From Anthoceros angustus (lineage: Eukaryota > Plantae > Anthocerotophyta), in assembly GCA_010909165.1 (NCBI GenBank), contig VJWM01000025.1:1116001-1180000 (forward strand): a DNA stretch of 64,000 bases. The letters run 5' to 3'. Under the pieces are notes generated by a model. The model did not search any database. It was not told the DNA's origin and saw only the letters and a program-made list of their open reading frames with translations. Below are positions 1 to 8,799 of the stretch, piece by piece (the first letter of the stretch is position 1; each line of letters starts with the position of its first letter). A program made the translations under genes and the position numbers.

Positions 1-530
1 ATAGAGGAACGTGCCAAGCTACGTGCTTCAAAGAGGAGAACTCTGCTGTCGACATCTTTTGCGGACGTCGTGAATGGACACTGTGTCGTTGGCCAAGATC
101 GGAGGTGATGAGAGGCTGCGATCTTGCAGAGAACTGCTCTCAGGAGCGCGCACAGCGGACCTGCATATGAAGCCATGTGCAATTAGGATGACGATCAGCA
201 TCTTTCTGCAGAAGTTCACAAACCTGTGCTTTACACACTTGTGGCAGACGGCTTTGTGCAAGTGACCTAGAACAGCAGCACTGATGACCCGAGATGCAAA
301 CCTGCTTTGTGGAGAGTCTGCAGCCTGCTGCTGCAAGTCGAGGAGAAGCCAGCAAATGGTGAGCGGCACATGCAGAGGAGCAAGGCAAGCTAGAAGTGCC
401 CTGGCCAGAGGGCTGCGAGTAGGGATATCTGCAAGGAAGAGGATGAAGAAGGCAGGAGGCCGCAGGGCGCATGTGCCAAGCTCGCTCCTCACACAGTTAG
501 GCAGCAAGCAAGCGGGCTGTGCGGTGATAA
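1..530 (-). other. Possible 5' end of a host Pol II gene (5' UTR with intron ~161-301; candidate ATG at 55-53 reading MSTAEFSSLKHVAWHVPL off the window edge)
   Basis: Minus-strand CAG|GTTTGC donor at 301 and TATGCAG| acceptor at 161; TATA box upstream; no recognisable protein motif. Confidence 0.25.
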
Positions 531-554
531 AGAGCAATCGTATGGGGAGGCTCC

Positions 555-561
555 TTATATA
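555..561 (-). promoter_or_regulatory. TATA box (TATATAA) on the minus strand, with an upstream G-box/ABRE-like CACGTGGC at 754-761
   Basis: ttatata on + within otherwise GC-rich DNA; cacgtggc ~200 bp upstream. Confidence 0.35.
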
Positions 562-1721
562 CAAACCGCACCAGGTGGGGCGGGGCCCGGGCTGTGCTGT
601 GCTGTGTGGACCCACAGCCCCTCCACTGCCGTAGAGATTCCACCAGCACGCGTACGCCCTCTTGGCTGCTTGCCCCAAGAGCAGCGGCGAGGAGCTCGCG
701 AGCGGCAGGGCCGGGCCAGAGCGAAGCGGAAGAGCGCATATCTTTTACCTACTCACGTGGCCGCTGCAGCTCGCGGCCACGCACTGCTCCACGGCAGAGT
801 TTCGACATCAAATTATCGGCATTGGCAGGGCAGCCCCGGTGATAGGGGGCGAGCTGGACGAGTTGGCGCGTTGCGAGAGCAAGGCGGAATCATGTGTGTG
901 GCTGGCCTCTCATCAGCAGCAGCCTCGGACGCGCCTCGTCGAAGGTTTGTGGTTTGTGGCTCACACACCACAGGCCAGCTTACACTAGGTCGACCACTCC
1001 AGGTGTTTGATTCGCGAGTTTGTGGCTCACAGCCCAGCTTACTCACACCGAGTACCAACGTTTCATCACCACCATGGACCGTTGCCTCCTGTCTTGGTGA
1101 AGTGGAAGCGGTGTAGCCTGGCCCTGGCCTGTCTCCACACTGTGTCCACTGTGTCCATGGCCGATTCTCCGGGAGGGCTCGCTCGCTGGGCTGCCATTGG
1201 GCGGAGTTTCGTATGACAGGTTGCGCGCTCCCCTCGATGGTACGGTGCGGCAGTGGGTACATGCTATCCCATCGCGGACTCTACCTGCAGTGCAGCAGGA
1301 GGTGGAGCACTCGGGCCAGTGGGTAGGGAGCGGATTGGGGGGTGGATCAGAGAGAGAGGCCCATGTTGCCCATGTTGCCGTAAACCCGATTTGAGGTAGA
1401 AAGTAGTGAGGTCGGGGCCCGGTGCGCGCCATGGGATTTGGGCGTGACTGGACCGTGCTGGCCATAATCGGGTGTGCGCCTGCGCCGACATGGCGTGTTG
1501 CGTATGATTGGAGAGGGCCGCTGGGGCCGAGTCGCCAGAGTGGCCGCTGGCTGTCATCGTGCACCACAGAAACGGCGCGCCATCAGACTGTGACAGTGAC
1601 GTCGCCCATGATTGCTGCTTCTCTCCCTGGGCCCTGCACTAGGCTGCGTACAGTGCCTGGGTTGTGAGGGAGTGCAAAATGTTTTACAATATATATTAAT
1701 TTCAACGCACAGTGGTTGTGA

Positions 1722-1802
1722 GTCAACATGGCCGAGTGGTTAAGGCGACAGACTTGAAATCTGTTGGGTTCGCCCGCGCAGGTTCGAACCCTGCTGTTGA
1801 CG
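1722..1802 (+). tRNA. trnS-UGA: tRNA-Ser, anticodon UGA
   Basis: Acceptor stem GTCAACA/TGTTGAC plus discriminator G; D arm GCCGAGTGGTTAAGGC; anticodon arm ACAGA-CTTGAAA-TCTGT; long variable arm; T arm GCAGG-TTCGAAC-CCTGC; no encoded CCA; AT-rich TATA-like tract at ~1689-1700. Confidence 0.96.
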
Positions 1803-1886
1803 TGTCGCACTTGTTATGCCTGGAAATGTGGAGGAACCGGCTGTTGACGTGTCGCACTTGTTATGCCTGGAAAAGCGGAGGAACCG
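1793..1886 (+). repeat. 47-bp tandem duplication starting inside the tRNA 3' acceptor strand
   Basis: gctgttgacgtgtcgcacttgttatgcctggaaa...ggaggaaccg at 1793 and 1840. Confidence 0.9.
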
Positions 1887-2007
1887 TAGTAGCAATTCAC
1901 AGCTTTTCTTTGTTAGTATATAGGTTCACCGAAGAGTTATAATTAGATTATTAATTTATATTATTATATTATATCCACTAAGTTATAGGTAGGCGACGAA
2001 TTATGAA

Positions 2008-2319
2008 AAGTTTGTATTGAGGTGAAAAGACGATGGGAAAAGCCCATCCAGGAGGGGACAACCAAAGGGGACCGGGGGGTCGAGGAAGTTTGTATTGAGG
2101 TGAAAAGACGATGGGAAAAGCCCATCCAGGAGGGGACAACCAAAGGGGACGGGGGGTCGAGGTGGAGAGGAGTAACTGAGCTCCCTACATAAAGTCACCT
2201 ACTGCACCCACAATGTCATATGCAGGAGGGGGCAACCAAAGGGGATCGGGGGGTCGAGGTGGAGAGGAGTAACTGAGCTCCCTACATAAAGTCACCTACT
2301 GCACCCACAATGTCATATG
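2008..2319. repeat. Interlocking tandem duplications (78 bp x2, then ~97 bp x2)
   Basis: aagtttgtattgagg at 2008 and 2086; caggagggg...tgtcatatg at ~2126 and ~2223. Confidence 0.85.
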
Positions 2320-2329
2320 AAGAATAAAC

Positions 2330-2774
2330 GGCCTACAAACCACGGAGGTAGAGGAAGATGCGTCACCTATTGTCACCGCCTTGTGGAGGATCGCCGCTGA
2401 GAGCGCCCGTTGAAGGGCAATTGAAACTCGTTGCTCAAGTATGCCGTGGAAGTATTTAGAGGACAGCCCGTACCGTGTCTCACAAGATGGTAAGCTTTGG
2501 CACAGGACTTTACAAATTTGTCAAAGTCCTCAGCCATTGCCCCATATGTTTCTAGTGCAAGCGGAATAAAAATGTGGCCCGCTTACGTCCTGCTATATTT
2601 GCGGACCTTGAGAGGTCCACAAATATGAATGAATGAATGAATGAATGAATGAATGAATGAATGAATGAATGAATGAATGAATGAATGAATGAATGAATGA
2701 ATGAATGAATGAATGAATGAATGAATGAATGAATGAATGAATGAATGAATGAATGAATGAATGAATAAATGAAT
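2330..2774 (+). mobile_element. 3' end of a 5'-truncated non-LTR retrotransposon (LINE-like) with stem-loop and (GAAT)n tail
   Basis: Degenerate RCVTYCHRLVED resembling a LINE C-terminal CCHC finger; hairpin atatttgcggacc-ttgaga-ggtccacaaatat (2595-2626) directly abutting the microsatellite. Confidence 0.5.
2627..2774 (+). repeat. (GAAT)n microsatellite, ~37 units
   Basis: Directly visible. Confidence 0.98.
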
Positions 2775-2884
2775 GGCACCCCCTCCCCATGGGCGCCGGT
2801 CGGCCGGCGCCCTCCCCATGCATGTCCTCCTCATGGGCTACCATTGTTTAAATAAATAGTTATTGCTTCCAATGCATTTTAGTC

Positions 2885-2955
2885 TAGGATAGTTGCTCAA
2901 GTGGTTCAAGAAAAGTTTGAACATGAGTAAGTCATGAGTTTAAATCCCCTAGAGT
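2885..2955 (+). other. Degenerate tRNA-like / SINE head
   Basis: A-box-like ttgctcaagtgg and B-box-like gagtttaaatccc at tRNA-like spacing; no complete cloverleaf. Confidence 0.3.
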
Positions 2956-2984
2956 TAAAGTAAATCAGCCTCCTTAATTATAAA

Positions 2985-3225
2985 GGCGCATGGGCACCGG
3001 CATTTAAGGGTGCTGGCATGCCCGTGCTGATGCGCCTTTTGGCTATCAATCCGAATGATATGGTTCTATAGAAGGGCCCTTGCGCCCATCTGCCTGTGCC
3101 GATGCGCCCGATGCGCCCTTCTGCTATCAATCCGAATGATATGGTTTGATAGAAGGGCCCATGCGCCCATCCGTTATCAATCCGGATGATATAATTTGAT
3201 AGATGATAAAAGGGCTAACCGGGCA
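2985..3225. repeat. Cluster of direct and inverted subterminal-type repeats (ctatcaatccgaatgatat...gatagaagggccc; atgcgccc)
   Basis: Three copies of tatcaatccg(a/g)atgatat and multiple atgcgccc/gggccc motifs, some able to form hairpins. Confidence 0.7.
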
Positions 3226-3408
3226 TGGTCTATTGTTCGACTAACATGTCCTTATTTTGGCCAGCATAGTTAAGAATTTGTAGTTTTAAATTCAAAATCA
3301 TGGCAAATATCTTTCAATTGTTGATCCAAGCTTGAAATTACTCATAACGTTATATTAATGGTTGCAAATTATAAAGAAATCAAAATGGTGAAGAGAGCTA
3401 CGGCTCAC

Positions 3409-4190
3409 TCAAGTTTCCCCCATTTTGTCGAGCTCATTGAAGGCCGCGACCATTGTATTGCGGTTGTCATAGCTTCCAATTTTGGCCTCTCGCTTCCTTA
3501 TCCGAGATAGCCGCATTTTGGAGAATTTCGTCGCAGGAGTTGAGGAGGGGTGCTTCCCCCTCCAAGTGTCCCTAAAGTCAGCTAGGGACCTCTTACCCCC
3601 TCTGGCAAGGGAGACCATGCCTTCTTTTTCTTTGTTTCTTTAAGACTTTGAACATGGGTAACGGGGTCAGCACCATTTAATTCAATGATCCAAATTCTCG
3701 CGCACACCGCCTGCATTGAGGAAGCGGACTTGGTTTGTGACGCCACAAAAGTGAGGAGCCCAACATCCGGTAAAGCAGTACAATATCAAATGATTCCGTT
3801 GAAATGAACAACGAGCAAAGGCGATAAACTTTCCCATCATCATATCCAAAAAGCATGTCCCGTAAAACCATGTACGTTATTGCGGGTTTTGAAGAAATTT
3901 GGCATCCACTTTTCGACAGGACCGAAAAGAACGTGGCCAAAAAATTATTGTCTTTGAATTCATTCCTCCAAAACTTGAAAAAGTGTGGGGGCGGGGTGGA
4001 TGCGTTTGAACATTTGTCTTACAGCCGGTCTTATCATGTGTTGTCCTAAAAAATAAGGTCCATCGAATAGAGACACGGTTTTGGCGATTTGGAACATAAT
4101 CGCAAATTACATGTTGTCTCATTTTGTGTGCCCATACTCGCACTTGGTTAAGCCGTTTATGTCCATGGGGAACACACAACCTATCCACTG
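3409..4190 (-). pseudogene. Frameshifted ORF of unknown function downstream of the transposase
   Basis: Three consecutive protein-like minus-strand ORFs (3877-4188, 3677-3940, 3409-3618). Confidence 0.4.
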
Positions 4191-4259
4191 AGAAGTCGCG
4201 GTCAGGATACCTTCCCTGATCCAGACTAGTAGGAGTCCATGGTCAATCGAAAACTAACT

Positions 4260-7200
4260 AATCGAACTCCATGAACCATGTTCATCAAGTGTTTCAATGT
4301 CCTCGCCCGGATGCAACATCTTCTGCCATTCATCATGTCCCTTCCTTCCATATGTTCCGAGCTTCCTCCACGAGCGCAAAACGTACATGTTTTTCCGTAT
4401 TATGGTTACGGTCCTTGCATTTAGTTGCTTGTTTTGTTAGAGAAAACCCGTATGCCAAGATGAATGTATGCGAAAGAAGCAATTTGTCGACGTGTTTCCG
4501 CAACCTCATGCTCCGTCGTTGAGAGCGACCCCACGGCAGCGTTGGTGGGCGATCGTAAAATCATCTCCTCTAGGTACCGCCTTCAAATGCGTCGGTGCAT
4601 TTAGTCACCCACCAATGGACTTTAATGAATGGGCGTCACATTGGAAGTCCACCAGAACTTTTGCGAGCCGAATGGTCGATTGTCGCATCTCTCACAAGGC
4701 ACCGCAATCATGTGACTGTTTGTATCTCCAACACATCGCGTTCAAGCTTTCTTGTTCCCTTGCGCATCATCTGTCTGCGCTCCAACATACATGTCCGGCA
4801 CTTGCCGAACGATTGGATCTGTAAAATCTCACCTCGGTACAACCAGCAGGCGATGCAACTCTTCATTATGTGTTCTATCGTACCATTGCCAAGGGGTCTT
4901 CAATTCCTCGATGCTCACATGCTATCTTGTCCACGATGGTGATTGCTCACCAATTCCTCCCACCAAATATCCTCACCGCGCCCAAATGGGTCCCGAGTTT
5001 TCCTCTAGTTTCCCACGCATTCTTTGCAAGACTTCTTTCGGATCTCTCCTCTGCAACCGCTTTTTACTTGGACCTCCAAATGAACCAAAGCGGCTTGAAT
5101 AGGAGTAGATGGGACATTATTCAAAACTCCAAACCCTCGTCCGGTGACCAGATTCATCGTGGAATATTGTTTGCCCCTCATCACGATATAAGTCCGCTCA
5201 CCTCGCGTTTCTCGGGTTATTTTGAGCGATCTTTGAAAAGATATATTGTGCTGTTTCACTGCGACACTTTTATAGCCAGCCTTACCATAAGGTATTGGCC
5301 ACACAAACTTTGAAGTCCGGAACTTCTTTCACCTCCATAATTTTGGTTTGGGCGTATATGCATTCTCCAAAATACCGGTCGGTTTGGGCAACGTAAAGCT
5401 TCCTTCGCAAGCACTTTTGAAAACCTCGAAAACATCTGTCAACTGGTCATGAGTGTGCCCAACCGGAGGAATCCTACTTTTACCTTCTCAAAACCTTAAG
5501 CTCTACCAACATATTCGTGTAAGCGAATAGCGTGCATTCTTATTCTCCGTGCATTGTCGAGTTGAAGATAAAGAACCTTTGGTAGTAGTCCTCGTAATTT
5601 GAAATGACATCTTTGGATATTGGCTATAGTCGTTTGCATCGTTAGGATGTTCCGTATGCCATGAAGAGTTCCGCCGACATGGTGTAGTTATAAATCATGC
5701 ACCCCACAACATGGACGCCGATCAAACCTACATCCGGGTCCTTGGGTAACGCGTGAAATGTGGAAGCTGTCTTGTTGGTCCATCCGTCGATGGATATCCC
5801 GATATACTTTGCCGCATAACATTTCACGCGGTGCTTGATGCATTTTCTCTCTCGGACTTGATGGCTGCGCCTCGGATCGACAAATGCTTCGCAAAATAAT
5901 CACCCAAACAACGTTGAGGAATAAAGCCGCTCGGGAAGGAAGCATAAATAAATCGAGTCGGGACTTCACAACCACGCCCGGCCGGCGAGCAGACAGGCGC
6001 CGGGCGACTATCGCCGAGGCGCCACCGACCGCGACACGCGCGGGCGCCGACCGCGCACTATCCCCACCGCATTGCCAAAACACAATTTCACATCAAGCCT
6101 CACCTTGTTTTTCTCTTTTCTCGCTCTTTATATTTCGTTTGAGGTAATCGGGTTGTGCACAAGGCAAACCGATTGCTCTTGAATTTTCACCTTGTGGAAG
6201 TCGTAGCCCAAAGTCGACAAAAGTAGGAATGAGAAACAGATCTTCAGAGTGCATATGTTGCTTGTATTCTTGAAACACCTCGCCTTTTGAGTAAGAGTCG
6301 AAGGTGATACACTTCAATGTTTGGCATTCTCTCGGCAATAAGCATAAGCAGTTGGTTCATCCACGCCGGTGCGACATCTTGGATTCGCCTTCGTCGCATG
6401 AGACCACGCAATGTTTCATTGCTCTCGCTTCTGCCAGACGATACAATACGCGTCAAGGCCTCTCTACAACAATACACTTTTCCTCGTCCGACAAGAAAGC
6501 GAGTCTACCCTAACCCTTCCATCGCTCTCATAATCGACATCAAAAGGGATTGTAGGTGCATCTCCGCCTCCGCCGCACATTCTAAGGAACCGATACCTCA
6601 AATCTCGAAGGTTGCCTTCCCTATTGTCCTCAAGCATTGTCTACCACAACAGTTTTGCGAAAATCACGGGTTACGAACCTCTTCACATTTCATCTCGGGC
6701 ACTTTAGATTGCCGTACTGTATGCCTACGTGGTGGTCCGCCATGCTCGATAAATGATTCGGACCGGGCTTCAAATTGTATGTACGCCTTTTGAGGTGGAT
6801 GTTCAAATGCACATCATCCGAGTCCTCTTCCTCCACATCAGTTCCACCGACGTCTTTGGGGCCACGGTGGAAGCAGTATCTTCTAGATACAACCGGCTCG
6901 CCGAGTTGGCATTCACCCCAACCAAGCGGCCATATCCGACCGGCGTGTCGTCCCGTGGAGCACTTCCAGGAGTAGTCTTGCGGATGGTCGGGATGTACGC
7001 GAGGCATCTGGCGGAGAAGGACTTCCGTGAATGGAATCCAACATCGAAAGCAGGCGGTGTCTTTGGAATGGATGCGCTTATCGCGTGCGGAAGTGGTGGA
7101 GGCCGTGCACTGCAGCGAATAACACACATCGGAATCATGTTCACAAGAGCCTTTGAATGCAATCGATTTCCACGAGTTTGCACGACGACCTTCATCTAGT
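4260..7200 (-). pseudogene. DUF7869/Sola1-type DDD transposase, frameshifted, with one intron (~6103-5891)
   Basis: N-terminal CCGRQCL and YCCREA; MP...SKGEVFQEY; YIGISIDG(M)DQ (~5800-5775); LPKVLYLQLDN..(ENKN) (~5573-5540); GFL(P)VGHTHDQ..MFSRFS (~5470-5420); C-terminal PF(W)LAKV...VHWW (~4677-4608). Confidence 0.8.
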
Positions 7201-7208
7201 TCTCCTCT

Positions 7209-7601
7209 TCAACTTGAATACCTTGACGCCGATAGGCATTTCAAGCCGCTGATGCCTCGTAGTTCAAATGATACACATCGACGTGAAAGCGGAATGTCGA
7301 ATATGGAAATAGTGCTTGCCTGCTGATGCCTGAGCGAGTGTTGCATATCGAGGAATCTCGCCTGACCGATAGCATCCAAGTCCTTTGACTTCAAGAACTC
7401 CTTCCACCGCTTCAACATCGGCAAATTTTCAAGAGCTACATGCATGCGAGGGAAGAACGCACTTTGAATCAAGATCAAAGTCACACCCACAATTATAGAC
7501 ATGTGACATAAGGTGGTACGTGTGGTGTTGGATGATTTATAATTGCGGTTCTGCGATGGTGATGGCGTATGATTCGATGGACCTTGAATGAGAGTGCACA
7601 T
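7209..7601 (-). CDS. Unknown ORF upstream of the transposase (may be an N-terminal exon)
   Basis: 130-aa ORF, same strand and adjacent to the transposase; no motif recognised. Confidence 0.25.
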   Translation of the reverse strand: MCTLIQGPSNHTPSPSQNRNYKSSNTTRTTLCHMSIIVGVTLILIQSAFFPRMHVALENLPMLKRWKEFLKSKDLDAIGQARFLDMQHSLRHQQASTISIFDIPLSRRCVSFELRGISGLKCLSASRYSS

Positions 7602-7969
7602 CCCTTAGAAAATGATGGCATAAGATGAGGTGGATGCATCGAATTTGTAATGGGCCTATTTTAGGCATTTGAGGTTAAATGAATGATGACCGTGTTCGGT
7701 GAACCGTTGCTACTACTTGAGCCGCTTTTAGCGTAACTAGCGGTGTTAAGGCTTTATCGTAATCCGTTGATGCGGTTCAAACATCCATATTTCATTTCCA
7801 CGTAAGCTCGAGCCTCTCCTTTTCATCAAGAGTTCGAGAGTCCGGATCAATTCTCTTACTTCCTCCCGCCAACTTCCCCAGGTTTTGAAGATTGCGGATG
7901 GTGATCGCGAGGACGCGGAGCAATAAGCATGCAGAGATCGACCCCTGCGTTGGGCCCCGCCAGCGGCGG

Positions 7970-8566
7970 AAAAATGCGATGGCGGTGCAAGCGGAGGATC
8001 GCAAGGGCGTCACCGGATGAGGGGATGCGGATCCCGCGAATGTGGTAACAGAACCCCACCGCTATTATGCAATTGAGAGAATCCTCTCATGGTAGTGTCC
8101 GGACGTCCACCTCAAAGGGTACTCAACGGAGAGGATATGAAGACATTGATGGCCGAGGAGCACCAACCTCGGTGGAAATGCGATCATGCGATTCCTCATG
8201 CTTTTAACTTTGTGGAGCGGCTTTGGTGAAAAAGCTCCGATTCTCTTCCAAGCGGTACAACGGACAAAGAGTGGAGCGTTGTTGCGAAGAAGAACCAAGA
8301 TCCGTGCCGCCTTGGATTCCACTCGGCCTTATGGATTAACGGTTACAATGGTATTGAGGGGATTCGAGCAAGAGTGGATGGATTCTATGTGATGGAATGG
8401 GCGAAGATATGCACATACGCTTTTGGTCACCAAGAAACCTCATTTGCACATAAACGATGACATCAACACACATCTCCTGCGATAATGGATGCGCCAAGAT
8501 AATGCCTCGTCGTTGTGAGCCGGCCAGTTGAAATCGGCCTTGCGTGATTCCAAAAGTGTTCAAGAT
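7970..8566 (+). pseudogene. Frameshifted coding segment, weakly Ulp1/C48-like; probably a 5' exon of the + strand cargo gene
   Basis: LNGEDMKTL...LGGNAIMRFLMLL resembles the Ulp1 N-terminal motif; followed by a GTAAGT donor (8567) and an AACAG acceptor (8659). Confidence 0.3.
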
Positions 8567-8799
8567 GTAAGTCTTGTATATGTCATGTATCACTTCCCAT
8601 TTTCGCTTAGGGTTTCGCATCTTTGGTATACTCATTGTTTTCCTCTTTAAAATGAACAGGGGAGAACAATTTTGCGCGTTCTACTCCGCTTCGCGAAGGG
8701 TCAAGAACAGAGGTGTAGTGATCGACCGGTGATCGGGCGGGCGGGCGGTGCGACGCGCGCGCTATCGGGGGTGGGTTGTGCGAAAACGATGCCCGGATT

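Noticed and set aside
1722-1802. Local tRNA-Ser as primer for neighbouring LTR elements
   Set aside because: No TGGCGTCAACA-type PBS found; the Copia uses tRNA-iMet.
2008-2319. Repeat-spacer-like pattern (CRISPR)
   Set aside because: Simple overlapping tandem duplications, no unique spacers, no cas genes, eukaryotic context.
2775-2825. GC-rich palindrome (ggcgccggtcggccggcgcc) as left TIR of the MTase element
   Set aside because: No inverted counterpart found near 11.3-12.2 kb; element ends left undefined.
2552-2844. ORFs with (HSFI)n repeats
   Set aside because: Translation of the (GAAT)n microsatellite.
7209-7601. HUH endonuclease (Replitron/Helitron) candidate
   Set aside because: No HUH or catalytic Tyr motif visible.
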